A stretch of DNA of 64,000 bases from Chlorobiaceae bacterium. Its GTDB lineage: Bacteria; Bacteroidota; Ignavibacteria; UBA10030; SZUA-254. Both the position numbers and the translations under genes were made by a program. Below, piece by piece: positions 1-9,863 of the stretch; within the stretch, counting starts at the first letter, position 1; the number at the start of each line of letters is the position of its first letter. The DNA is taken from positions 1,973 to 65,972 of the forward strand of contig PNNN01000004.1 of assembly GCA_013824245.1 (NCBI GenBank). Direction: 5' to 3'. Under the pieces are notes generated by a model that did no database searches, was not told the origin of the DNA, and saw only the letters and a list, made by a program, of their open reading frames with translations.

Positions 1-3000
1 AGCAGTATGAAGAATCTGTGCTGTTCGACGTGCCGCCGATGTATACAGAATTAAACAATGAATTATGTACAAGGTTCCCGAATGTGATCTGGTCGTGTAT
101 ACCTTCATATTGACATTTAGTCGTAAGCCCAACACCCAAGGAAATCATGTTATTCACTACATTAACAGTATCATTCTGATTATCAAGAAAAATTCCTCTC
201 ACAAAATTGGAGGCACCAATATTAGAGGAACCGACATTGAATATATAATTCCTGAGGATATATGAATAACCACAGATAACATCTATTCCCCTAAATTCAC
301 CAGGTATTGGGTGCGTTTGTTCAATATTTGTAATTACATTCTGCGACACTGTTACTGTACCCGGAGAATTAATTTTAATACCTTCGACCATACCCATACC
401 CGAAATTTGAATTTTGTTACTCACGGCAGTATCACCAATTAAATTTCCAGTGATGGTTCCGCTTAAGTTCGGAGAAAGTGGATTCCCATTGAAATCAATA
501 CCAGTGAAGCCCGAGAAAGCAGGCGTAACAAGAAAAATATTTCTTATAACATTGTTCTGAATTGTGTTAGCCATCGCCGTATCGATGTTTATCTGTATTC
601 CGGTAAAATTAGTACCACTTGCATCTAATAATGGAGTACCTCCTGCTGAAGGAGCAGTTCCACCGATGAAATTTCCACTAACAAAGTGTCCACCGCTTTT
701 CTGGAAAGTTGATGGTAAGAAATAGATTCCCATCAACTGTGACATCTGAGTTGATGTTTGGTAAAGCGAATTCGAGATGATATTCCATTTTTGTCCGTAC
801 AATTTCATTCCATAACTTGTCCAATTATAGATATTGCAATTTTGGATTGTGTTGGAATCGTTCGGTGCACCGGTTGTCCAATCGGAATAGATGGCTATAG
901 CGTGAGGTGTTCCAAGTCCATCCGACCGGTCATGGATGTTACAGTTTGAAATTACGTTGTGACTATTACCCTGCGAAAAACTGTATTCACCAAAGTAAAT
1001 TGTTCCGTAGTATAATGATGTAGTCTGACCTTCAATCTCCAAATATTGGAGTACATTATTTGTGGCATCACTGCCTAAATGGATCGTTGGTCCTGGATAT
1101 GAACTATTACCATTACTGATAGTCCAAGCTATCGTGCTTCCAACTCCGCCAGCTCTGCCATCGAACGTCATTCGGTCGGTTCCGTTCAGCATGATGAGAG
1201 ATTGAAGACCGCTTGTTAATCCATCGGTTACGCGATAAGTTACACCGCTTGCCGGACGAATTGTAACTGTCCAATTCCCACCTTGTGTCTGATATTCATT
1301 GAATATTATGGGGAATGTTTCACCTGTTGTACCATCATAGTCTGATTGTAACTCGAATATGACATTACCAGTAAGGATTTTTCGATTCAAAGTATCAGCA
1401 ACTTGCGTAAGTTTTTTAAATGTGTAAGAACTACCAACTGAATATGTTCCTCCGGCAAATAAAAGTGAATTGAAATTATATCCAAGTGCTGTTTGAACAT
1501 CTGGAAGTGGACCGATGTTTTGTGAAGTCGGATATGTACCAGCTTGTTGTGCAGAACCCGTGCTGGTTAGAATTGTTCGCATAGAAAGAGGTGGGAGAGG
1601 ACGACTATTGAGTGCCTCATATCTACTCTCTACTAATGCAACTGCTGAAGCAACAATTGGTGAAGCACTTGAGGTTCCAGCAAAACTGCTATCGTAATAA
1701 AAATCAACACCCGATGCACTATAGTAATAGCCGTAACCTGTTGTGACCACCTTTTCTCCCCAACCTTGAAGGTTCAAACGAGAACCATAATTCGAAAATG
1801 GTAGTCGTGACCGTGCAATATCTGAACCGTAAAAACCTCCGGGGTAAGCACCCGGTGGCACCGCCCCCGCACCAACAATAATTGCACCGGAGTTATTTTG
1901 TGGTAAGAAGGGCCAGTGTCCATAATTACCGGTACTGTAAACTGCTGAGTCTAAATCTTGATATCCATTGCCCGCCGCCTCAACAACATGGATACCATTA
2001 CCGATTGCGGTCAAAACAACTTGATACCATGATGGATACCATTCAATCGGTATCTTTCCTGTGTCGCTGAGTGGATTAGTATTTCTCGGTCCATCGTACT
2101 GTTGCTCAATCAATATGATATCACCTCGCGTTAGGTTACTGATGGCATATAGCATCGCTGTGCCAAGCTGCCAAGCTCCATTTAAATATGTCGGCGCAAC
2201 TTTTACAGTTGCTCCATAACATGCACCGGTTGTTCCCGTTCCGTTATTTAAGCTAACCAATTCGCCAAGAACAGCAGTACCATGATTATCATCCAATTTT
2301 GGATCGCTATCGGTGTATCCTGGTGGGACTAATTTTGTTATACCTGCCGGTAAATCGCTATGACTTAAATTCCATGAGTACTCAAGATCGCATATGGTAA
2401 CATTCTGTCCACTGTCACCAATCGACCACGCATAACTTGCACCAATCCCTGTTGTGGCTACATTCAGATAACCTTGACGCGCTTGATAGTTTCCCGGTTG
2501 AGGCAATGAGGTAGGCAAAGGCAATGGTAAAGCTAATTCAACATCAGGGAGTGCATTAAGTTGATTAATCCACTCTTCAGTTGTAACACCAGATGGAACA
2601 CTCAGTATAAAATAATTATTAAGATTTGCTATTGCTCGATTAAGATTCGTCTGGGCATTTCTGCGCAATCTATCAATCTCTCCGATGCTTGCTCCCGCCA
2701 TACGCCGCCATTTTCCACCCGAATGTGAAATTGTTTCGAAAATATTTATAGCTGCAAAAGTCCGCAAACCCTTACCATTCCGCTCAGTTGGAACACCAGC
2801 CGTATTGATATCAATATGAAGACCATCTATAAATTTAACTTCAATATGCCGTGGATCGTCGATCGATTTAAGTATCGTACGATCTGGTTTTTGAGGAAGT
2901 ATCCGTTGTTGAAATGTGATTGGTCTACTTTCTTGCTCATATTGAGCAATCGAGCCAGTTATGCTTAATTCCTCATTTGTTTGGGAAACGAAGATTGTGG

Positions 3001-3064
3001 GAAAGGGGACCATTAAAAATAAGAGGCACAAAATACGATCGATAAAATGTATAACCCGTTTCAT
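1..3064 (-). CDS. secreted subtilisin-family (S8) serine peptidase with long beta-helix-like repeat region; 3' end runs off the window
   Basis: Not in ORF track (no stop inside window). Hand translation from ATG 3064-3062 (GGAG 6 nt upstream): MKRVIHFIDRILCLLFL signal-like N-terminus. Catalytic boxes all lie in one frame: VTICDLE (2401-2381), DDNHGTAVLGE (~2293-2261), AGTSSASP (~1681-1658). Distal part is G/N/T/I-rich repeats. Only spot-checked for stops. Confidence 0.8.
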   Translation of the reverse strand, partial: MKRVIHFIDRILCLLFLMVPFPTIFVSQTNEELSITGSIAQYEQESRPITFQQRILPQKPDRTILKSIDDPRHIEVKFIDGLHIDINTAGVPTERNGKGLRTFAAINIFETISHSGGKWRRMAGASIGEIDRLRRNAQTNLNRAIANLNNYFILSVPSGVTTEEWINQLNALPDVELALPLPLPTSLPQPGNYQARQGYLNVATTGIGASYAWSIGDSGQNVTICDLEYSWNLSHSDLPAGITKLVPPGYTDSDPKLDDNHGTAVLGELVSLNNGTGTTGACYGATVKVAPTYLNGAWQLGTAMLYAISNLTRGDIILIEQQYDGPRNTNPLSDTGKIPIEWYPSWYQVVLTAIGNGIHVVEAAGNGYQDLDSAVYSTGNYGHWPFLPQNNSGAIIVGAGAVPPGAYPGGFYGSDIARSRLPFSNYGSRLNLQGWGEKVVTTGYGYYYSASGVDFYYDSSFAGTSSASPIVASAVALVESRYEALNSRPLPPLSMRTILTSTGSAQQAGTYPTSQNIGPLPDVQTALGYNFNSLLFAGGTYSVGSSYTFKKLTQVADTLNRKILTGNVIFELQSDYDGTTGETFPIIFNEYQTQGGNWTVTIRPASGVTYRVTDGLTSGLQSLIMLNGTDRMTFDGRAGGVGSTIAWTISNGNSSYPGPTIHLGSDATNNVLQYLEIEGQTTSLYYGTIYFGEYSFSQGNSHNVISNCNIHDRSDGLGTPHAIAIYSDWTTGAPNDSNTIQNCNIYNWTSYGMKLYGQKWNIISNSLYQTSTQMSQLMGIYFLPSTFQKSGGHFVSGNFIGGTAPSAGGTPLLDASGTNFTGIQINIDTAMANTIQNNVIRNIFLVTPAFSGFTGIDFNGNPLSPNLSGTITGNLIGDTAVSNKIQISGMGMVEGIKINSPGTVTVSQNVITNIEQTHPIPGEFRGIDVICGYSYILRNYIFNVGSSNIGASNFVRGIFLDNQNDTVNVVNNMISLGVGLTTKCQYEGIHDQITFGNLVHNSLFNSVYIGGTSNSTDSSYC

Positions 3065-3798
3065 GATGATCTCCGATATAAGTGATTGATTATATAGATT
3101 TATTATTTGTAAAATTATAATATTGAGATTTCTTATTCGATAGTATTTTCATAATTTTGGATTCATATCATTCATACCCACATTCGTTCTGTAGACGATA
3201 ACATGCGGGTCATGATAGTTACTCCTTAAGTAAGTTGTGAAACATTTATTTTCGTATAACCAGCAGACATCCTCTTCGAAAAAATATTTAATGCCCTAAA
3301 TGTTAGGAGTATTCAATTCGTATTAGAAGCTGGCGTTAATAAATATATTGCCCTGATTGGTTTTCAATCAAAACATCAGAGGTACCACGATACTCGTAAT
3401 CGAGTTAATAATGAAAGTCGTTTAGTTTTGTTACCTTTGTAACGATAAGGAGAAACAGTATGCAACTTGAAGTGCGGATTGAATTCCATAAAATGTTGGC
3501 TATGAGTGTTAAGGTACGTCTTTAGCTATATATGTAAATTCAATCTAAGGAGGCAAGTTGCTATTTTCACAATGCCTTTTATTGGCATATTATAACTGAT
3601 TTAAATGAAAAAATCAAGATCGATATTTCGGAAGGGTGAAGATCTGAAAATCCAATAAAAAATCAGCAAATCAGCACAAAATAAGCAAAATGATAAATTC
3701 GCAGGATTGGGGATTAGAGATGGCTGTCTATATGTTTATGTTAATTATTGCCCGTCCAAACGCTTAGCGTTGTTGTCGGTTTTCATCCGGAAGATCTT

Positions 3799-5025
3799 TT
3801 ATTTTTCGCCATGCTCGCGAGAGTGATATTCTATCTCTGGTTTTATGAAGTCTGTATAATTGCTGTCCCAGCTTGAATAGAAAATCTTTTTAACATTTTG
3901 GGTTATCAATTTGTTGTCGATGCATAAACCTAAATTCCGGGATGTATAGAAATAACTTTTTTCCCAATTGCTCGTTCCTATCCAACATCGTGCAGAATCG
4001 ACGACTAAATATTTGCAGTGATCTACTCGCGCAAAGGGGATATAGCCGCCTGACCATTCAGGGATAGAACTGAATTTAATTTCAATGTTAGGAACTAGCG
4101 ATAAACTTTTCAAAAAATCAACTGTTGGATGATCTTTCGACCAGTCTGATACAATCATTTTAACTTTAACACCGCGCACAGCCGCCCGCCGAAGAGCATT
4201 ATCCAAAACTGCATAATATTTTTTATCTCTCGCCAAAGGAGAGTATGTGAGGAATTGACATAAAATTTCATTTTTTGCATCATCAATCATTTTTACTATC
4301 CAGGTTTCATCCCAAACTGATGTATCGGGGATTGCAGAAATCGGACTCATAGTTGGAATGATAGAAATTGTATCATTCATCTCTCCGATTAAAGTGATTG
4401 GGTAACTATATTTTTTATGATTGATGATGGATGACAAAGTTTCGGTATTGTCTTTGCCGGATAATTTCCAATCAATCTCAAAAACATCGCCGAATATATC
4501 TGCGATGTTTTTGTTCCGGACCCGAACTCCTAACTCGTGAATATGTTTCAGCGCCCGCCAATCGAAATTCTGACTCCCTATAAACAGTTCTTCACCATCA
4601 ACGATAAAATATTTAGCATGTTGAATACCGCCCGCAATTTTACCGAAATCTATTATTCGGGCTGAAATATTTTTTTGTTTATTCAGCAAGTCGATTGTTT
4701 CAGGATAAGTTTTATACATTCTCGAATCGGCAATCACTCTGATTTTAACTCCACGTTCCGATGCGGCAATTATTTCATTGATGATATCTTCCAGCGGCTC
4801 ACCTGTTTGCGTGGAGATATAAAATTGTTCGATGTCAAGAGAATGTTTTGCCCCTTTAACCATTTCCATCCAAACATCGGATGCGTTTCGGATATTTGGA
4901 TCATCGAGTGTAGTTTCAATTGGATAACTTTCTACTAATTCGAAATCTTCACTTGATTGTGATCTTGCCGCTGTAATCGGCATCATAAGAATTATTAAGA
5001 AGCAGATGATTGTAAGTTTATACAT
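3799..5025 (-). CDS. secreted phospholipase D superfamily protein (two HKD motifs)
   Basis: 408 aa. N-terminal signal-like segment. HKD motifs HAKYFIVDGEELFIGSQNF and HCKYLVVDSARCWIGTSNW. Confidence 0.85.
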   Translation of the reverse strand: MYKLTIICFLIILMMPITAARSQSSEDFELVESYPIETTLDDPNIRNASDVWMEMVKGAKHSLDIEQFYISTQTGEPLEDIINEIIAASERGVKIRVIADSRMYKTYPETIDLLNKQKNISARIIDFGKIAGGIQHAKYFIVDGEELFIGSQNFDWRALKHIHELGVRVRNKNIADIFGDVFEIDWKLSGKDNTETLSSIINHKKYSYPITLIGEMNDTISIIPTMSPISAIPDTSVWDETWIVKMIDDAKNEILCQFLTYSPLARDKKYYAVLDNALRRAAVRGVKVKMIVSDWSKDHPTVDFLKSLSLVPNIEIKFSSIPEWSGGYIPFARVDHCKYLVVDSARCWIGTSNWEKSYFYTSRNLGLCIDNKLITQNVKKIFYSSWDSNYTDFIKPEIEYHSREHGEK

Positions 5026-5060
5026 AATATTTTTTTTGATATTGTTTACGATTTGGATTA

Positions 5061-6035
5061 TTATCTCTGAATAACGTGAAAGATTCCTTCATTTGTTCCA
5101 ACATAGATCAAATCATTGTTACCGATGAAGAGTGCATTTATTAAAATGTTGGTAGAATCTACGATCCCAACTGAAGCCATGGTTGAATTATTTTTGATGA
5201 AGTAGAGTTTCGAAGTTGTCGATGCTATCAAATCATTGTTCGAGGTTGTATTGATACCGGTTATATTGCACGTGTCGAAGACTTTCGAATAATTGTACCA
5301 TGAAATCCCCATGTTACTCGAACAAAAAACTCCGCCGCCATAACTGCCGGCAAATAATTTGTTATTCATTCCAGCATGAAGCGATTGAATATATGGATTC
5401 AATAATCCGGAGCTAATCCTTTCGCCCAGATAAGTTTGTAAATTTATTTTAAAAACCCCGCTGCTCCATGTTCCGGCATAGAGAGTCATTGAGTCGAACG
5501 ATGTGAATGAAGTAACGGGTCTATACAAATTTGTTATCTGATTCCAACATGTATCGGCAAAAGATCTTCTATAAATCAATCCGTTAGAAGTTCCGATATA
5601 AAAATATTTTGTGGAAGTTTGATGATATAGCGCGAGTATGATTATACTGTCAAGATTCCCGGTCCAATTTTGCCAGTTAAATCCTCCATCGGTAGAAAGC
5701 CCAATTTCTGAATTGCTGTTAAGCAAAACGATTTTTAAAGAATCAGCAGCTTGCAGTGCGATAATATTACCGGCTTCTCCAAGAGGGGAGTATGATTCGA
5801 AATTTTCCGTCGAGGTTGATATCTTAAACATTCTGCCGGTGTCGCCACCGGCGAGCAGTACAGTTGGAGTTAGCTGAGCAATCGAAAATATCTGATGATG
5901 AAAACGATTATTAATCGATTTCAATTCGAGAATACCTATTTGATCAGTTGAATTGATGAGAGCATCGGATTCGAGTTCTCTACATCCAAACAACATGATA
6001 GATAATAATAATATCCAGCAAATGCGTTTTATCAT
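5061..6035 (-). CDS. lipoprotein, BNR/Asp-box beta-propeller-like (Ycf48-like)
   Basis: 324 aa. Lipobox LFGC at residues 15-18. Asp-box-like STDGGFNW and SSNMGISW. Repetitive G/S/T-rich blades. Confidence 0.5.
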   Translation of the reverse strand: MIKRICWILLLSIMLFGCRELESDALINSTDQIGILELKSINNRFHHQIFSIAQLTPTVLLAGGDTGRMFKISTSTENFESYSPLGEAGNIIALQAADSLKIVLLNSNSEIGLSTDGGFNWQNWTGNLDSIIILALYHQTSTKYFYIGTSNGLIYRRSFADTCWNQITNLYRPVTSFTSFDSMTLYAGTWSSGVFKINLQTYLGERISSGLLNPYIQSLHAGMNNKLFAGSYGGGVFCSSNMGISWYNYSKVFDTCNITGINTTSNNDLIASTTSKLYFIKNNSTMASVGIVDSTNILINALFIGNNDLIYVGTNEGIFHVIQR

Positions 6036-6208
6036 TTCAGAGAGAATCCAAAATTGAAACGAGTGTTATTTAGATGACAGCGAATCATCATTTAAAGCGT
6101 GTGCAATTGATTTTAAGATATTGTTCAAACATTTTTATAAACCGTTATAACGTACATAATTGAAAATAATTATGAAATAAACAAGCCAGTGTTTTAGGTT
6201 GAATTCTA

Positions 6209-8152
6209 ATGAATTGGAATTTTCCAAAGTTTTTCAGAAATTCAATCTCTAAATCTTCACATACTATGAAGTTATCTATTAAAAAACTTGAAAATACAAT
6301 CGGTTTAAGTGTATCGTTATTCGCGCTTATCATTTATACGGTAACAGCCAATCGCTCTATCGACTTCATTGATAGCGGAGAATTAGCCACAGTGTGTAGC
6401 ACAATGGGGATTGCACATCCTACGGGCTATCCAATCTTCACATTGATCGGATGGATATTTTCACATCTCCCGTTGGGATTAAGGAAAATTCATCAATTAA
6501 ATTTGATGTCTGCATTTTTCTGTTCAGCGGCGTTATATTTTTTCTTCAGATTATTTTACGTGTTACAAGAAGTTATATCGATCCAGCCCAATAAAACTAA
6601 TCGTTCTGTAACCAATCGCGAAGCAGATAAAGCGATTCTTTCATTTCTCCCATCAATTCTCGGAACAATAACTTTGGGATTTTCTGTAACATACTGGTCA
6701 CAGTCGGCATCTATCGAAGTATATTCATTACATCTATTCTTTTTATCGGTATTACTATTTAGTTTGGCGCGAGCAATATTTTCCGATGAACTTGTTGATA
6801 ATAAATATATCGGAAAAGGGGATGGATGGAGATCATGGTTGTTATTCTCTTTCATCCTCGGTTTATCATTTGCAAATCATTTAACAACTATATTATTAGC
6901 CCCTGCCACTATTTTTATATTCTTCAACAATTATGGTTTTAAGTCGACATCATGGAAAAGGGTGATGATTTTGTCTATACCGTTCATAATCGGTTTTTCT
7001 GTCTATTTGTACTTACCAATCAGAGCCGCTCAGCATCCGCTATTGAATTGGGGTAATCCGTTAGATTTTGAAAAATGGTTCTGGCATTTTAGCGGCAAAG
7101 TATATAGGGTTTGGATATTTTCATCGACTGAGAGCGCGGCAAAACAATTCAATTATTTTATTACTAATCTTCCGAAGGAATTTGCTTATTTTCCGCTCGT
7201 ATTTGCAATAATTGGAATGTGGTCTTTGTTAAAACAGAATAAAAAGATTTTTGTTTTTACCATAATTCTATTTTTAACTACACTTTTCTATTCTATAAAT
7301 TACGATATACATGATATTGATTCTTACTTTTTACTTGCATACATAACAATAGCGCTTTGGGTTGGATTTGGAATAGCATGGATCATTTCGTTGGCGATTA
7401 ATAAAATCAACTATGATTATCTCAAAGTCGTAGGATTTGTCTTTGGAGTATTGATTGTCTTCATTAACTTTGCCGAAGTCGACGAAAGTAAAAATGTGAT
7501 AGTTGAAAATTATGCGCGTGATATGTTCAAATCAGTTGATGAGAATTCAATTATCATTTCTTATCAATGGGATTATTTTATATCGGCTGCATATTATCTT
7601 CAATTAGTTGAAAAGGAAAGAACCGATGTGGTCGTAATTGATAAAGAGCTTCTTCGCAGGTCGTGGTATTATAATCAATTACAAGATCGATATCCGCGGT
7701 TATTATCATCACTTAAGGTTGAAGTGAATAATATTCTGAAGGAGTTAAATAAATTTGAGAGAAACGAGCCCTATAATCCAAATGTGATCGAGTATCATTA
7801 CCAACGGATGATTCAGAGAATAATTGAAAAAAATATTGATAATCATTCAATCTATATTACCCCGGAGATTGAAGATCAATATATTCAGGGATATTATAAA
7901 ATTCCCTCTGGGTTGGCATTTAAATTAGCTAAATCTCCTCTAAACATTGCACTTAAGGATGTAAATTATCAATTTATAGAACCTGATAAAGAAAATATTT
8001 ATACCAAAGGTATTAGAAATCTTTACGCCCGATCATATATGAACTATGGACTATACTATAATTCAATCGGACAACCAATGCAAGCAGATAAATATTTCCA
8101 ATTAGCATCTAAAACAGATCCCTCACTTAACGCATGGAATCAAAGACACTAA
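6209..8152 (+). CDS. DUF2723 / GT-C-fold membrane glycosyltransferase-like protein with C-terminal TPR-like tail
   Basis: 647 aa, many TM segments. N-terminal motif DSGELATVCSTMGIAHPTGYPIF is typical of DUF2723 (TMEM260-like). True start may be the ATG at 6266 (MKLSIKK). Confidence 0.7.
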   Translation: MNWNFPKFFRNSISKSSHTMKLSIKKLENTIGLSVSLFALIIYTVTANRSIDFIDSGELATVCSTMGIAHPTGYPIFTLIGWIFSHLPLGLRKIHQLNLMSAFFCSAALYFFFRLFYVLQEVISIQPNKTNRSVTNREADKAILSFLPSILGTITLGFSVTYWSQSASIEVYSLHLFFLSVLLFSLARAIFSDELVDNKYIGKGDGWRSWLLFSFILGLSFANHLTTILLAPATIFIFFNNYGFKSTSWKRVMILSIPFIIGFSVYLYLPIRAAQHPLLNWGNPLDFEKWFWHFSGKVYRVWIFSSTESAAKQFNYFITNLPKEFAYFPLVFAIIGMWSLLKQNKKIFVFTIILFLTTLFYSINYDIHDIDSYFLLAYITIALWVGFGIAWIISLAINKINYDYLKVVGFVFGVLIVFINFAEVDESKNVIVENYARDMFKSVDENSIIISYQWDYFISAAYYLQLVEKERTDVVVIDKELLRRSWYYNQLQDRYPRLLSSLKVEVNNILKELNKFERNEPYNPNVIEYHYQRMIQRIIEKNIDNHSIYITPEIEDQYIQGYYKIPSGLAFKLAKSPLNIALKDVNYQFIEPDKENIYTKGIRNLYARSYMNYGLYYNSIGQPMQADKYFQLASKTDPSLNAWNQRH

Positions 8153-8435
8153 CCGAGATATTTTCCGGTACAAGTGTTATAATATTTTTTAATCTTAGTC
8201 CGAGAAATATTTTGGGTAATTGTTTGTTTTTTAACTTGAAAAGGTTATATTACTAAGCTAAAAAAAATAATGGGTTCCGCAATTTCTAAATAATCTTCAT
8301 TTTTTTGAGAATTTAAACAGGTTTTAAATCAAATAATGTGGAAGAAGCCGACTTAAACTGGAAAGTTGGCACGAAATAATATTTATTTTTTTGAATTTTT
8401 TTTTCATAGGGTCGATGATTAAGTCCCAATTATAT

Positions 8436-8508
8436 GCTGGCGTAGCTCAGCTGGTAGAGCAGCTGATTTGTAATCAGCAGGTCATCAGTTCAAATCTGAT
8501 CGCCAGCT
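8436..8508 (+). tRNA. tRNA-Thr (anticodon UGU)
   Basis: Hand-folded 73-nt cloverleaf: acceptor gctggcg/cgccagc, anticodon arm gctga-ttTGTaa-tcagc, T-loop ttcaaat. No encoded CCA. Confidence 0.9.
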
Positions 8509-8529
8509 CATGGTAAAGTAAAATAGATG

Positions 8530-8612
8530 GGGCAGGTAGCAAAGTGGTCAACTGCAACAGACTGTAAATCTGTCGGCTCATGCCTTCGGAGGTTCAAATC
8601 CCCCCCTGCCCA
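8530..8612 (+). tRNA. tRNA-Tyr (anticodon GUA), long variable arm
   Basis: Acceptor gggcagg/cctgccc, anticodon arm acaga-ctGTAaa-tctgt, long variable arm, T-loop ttcaaat. Confidence 0.9.
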
Positions 8613-8634
8613 CGACCGAAGGTTACGCTATTAT

Positions 8635-8707
8635 GCGGGAGTAACTCAGTTGGTAGAGTCACAGCCTTCCAAGCTGTTGGTCGCGGGTCCGAATCCCGTC
8701 TCCCGCT
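8635..8707 (+). tRNA. tRNA-Gly (anticodon UCC), non-canonical T-loop tccgaat
   Basis: Acceptor gcgggag/ctcccgc, D-arm actc/gagt, anticodon arm acagc-ctTCCaa-gctgt, T-arm gcggg-tccgaat-cccgt. Confidence 0.85.
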
Positions 8708-8726
8708 CGAAGATATCGAGTGAAAT

Positions 8727-8799
8727 GCTTGCGTAGCTCAGTTGGTAGAGCACATCCTTGGTAAGGATGAGGTCATCGGTTCAATCCCGATCGCAAGCT
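8727..8799 (+). tRNA. tRNA-Thr (anticodon GGU)
   Basis: Acceptor gcttgcg/cgcaagc, anticodon arm catcc-ttGGTaa-ggatg, T-loop ttcaatc. Confidence 0.9.
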
Positions 8800-8833
8800 C
8801 GGCTCATAATTTTTTTTTATTGGATGAAATTTT

Positions 8834-8983
8834 ATGCGAGATAACATAACATTAGAATGTACAGAGTGTAAACGTCGTAATTACACTTCGACTAAAAACA
8901 AGAAAAAACAATCCGGAAGGGTAGAGTATAAGAAATATTGCCCATGGTGCAATAAACATACTACCCATAAGGAAACAAAATAA
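8834..8983 (+). CDS. rpmG: 50S ribosomal protein L33 (zinc-ribbon form)
   Basis: 49-aa ORF below the track cutoff, hand translated: [49 protein letters not shown]. CxxC...CxxC. Conserved position before secE. Confidence 0.9.
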   Translation: MRDNITLECTECKRRNYTSTKNKKKQSGRVEYKKYCPWCNKHTTHKETK

Positions 8984-8992
8984 TTTTTCCAT

Positions 8993-9065
8993 ACGTCAGT
9001 AGCTTAATTGGTAGAGCAGCGGTCTCCAAAACCGCAGGTTGGGGGTTCAAGTCCCTCCTGACGTG
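8993..9065 (+). tRNA. tRNA-Trp (anticodon CCA)
   Basis: Acceptor acgtcag/ctgacgt, anticodon arm gcggt-ctCCAaa-accgc, T-arm ggggg-ttcaagt-ccctc. Confidence 0.9.
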
Positions 9066-9097
9066 CAACGGAAATTTATAAATTTTAAGAGCATTGT

Positions 9098-9280
9098 ATG
9101 AAAGAAAAAATCATTGCATTTCTCACTGATACAGTGAAAGAAATGAAAAAAGTAACATGGCCCAGCAAAGATGAATTGCGAGAGTCGACCATTATTGTTC
9201 TTGCTGTATGCGGGATCATTGCTGCGTTTGTTTTCGGAGTTGATTGGGTTGTTAGTACACTCATGAAGGTAATTCTGTAA
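9098..9280 (+). CDS. secE: preprotein translocase subunit SecE
   Basis: 60 aa. VTWPSKDEL motif followed by a single TM. Position before nusG. Confidence 0.9.
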   Translation: MKEKIIAFLTDTVKEMKKVTWPSKDELRESTIIVLAVCGIIAAFVFGVDWVVSTLMKVIL

Positions 9281-9290
9281 CGAGGCAAAA

Positions 9291-9839
9291 GTGAAAGATA
9301 CAACGCCACAAAAACGATGGTATGCCGTCAGAACTTATTCAGGGCATGAGAATAAAGTAAAGACTCATCTTGAAAATGAAGTAAAACTTCAGAAGATGGA
9401 AGAAAAAATAACAAACGTTCTGGTGCCTTCCGAGAAAATATTTGAAATAAAAGAAGGAAAAAAGAAAAGTAAGACCAAAACTTTTTTCCCCGGCTATATT
9501 CTTATCGAGGCGATTCTCGATAAAACTACCAAACATATTATTCAATCTACACCGTCGGTGATCAGTTTTGTTGGACCGAGAGGTGAACCGACTCCGCTCC
9601 ACAATGAAGAAGTTAAGCGTCTGATTGGTAGAATGGAAGAGCGCAAAGATGTTGAAGTTATGGCTGTGCCGTTCCATGTCGGTGAACCTGTAAAAGTTAT
9701 CGATGGTCCATTCAATAATTTTACCGGCATAGTTCAAGATGTTAACGAAGAAAAACTTAAGCTTCGTGTAATGGTCAGTATATTCGGTCGAAAAACGCCG
9801 ATTGAATTAGACTTTAATCAAGTTGAAATTGAAAAATAA
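9291..9839 (+). CDS. nusG: transcription termination/antitermination factor NusG
   Basis: 182 aa, GTG start. RWYAVRTYSGHENKV N-terminus (NGN) and KOW-like C-terminus. Confidence 0.95.
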   Translation: MKDTTPQKRWYAVRTYSGHENKVKTHLENEVKLQKMEEKITNVLVPSEKIFEIKEGKKKSKTKTFFPGYILIEAILDKTTKHIIQSTPSVISFVGPRGEPTPLHNEEVKRLIGRMEERKDVEVMAVPFHVGEPVKVIDGPFNNFTGIVQDVNEEKLKLRVMVSIFGRKTPIELDFNQVEIEK

Positions 9840-9863
9840 TCTCCATATTTATCGGATTAATTT

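Noticed and set aside
8345-8355. 11-mer aagccgactta shared between 8345-8355 and 60498-60508 (also ccgactt at 45516).
   Set aside because: Exact 11-mer matches are expected many times by chance in 64 kb on two strands, and the flanks do not align.
8527-8736. 69-aa + strand ORF.
   Set aside because: It runs straight through tRNA-Tyr, tRNA-Gly and the start of tRNA-Thr, so it is not coding.
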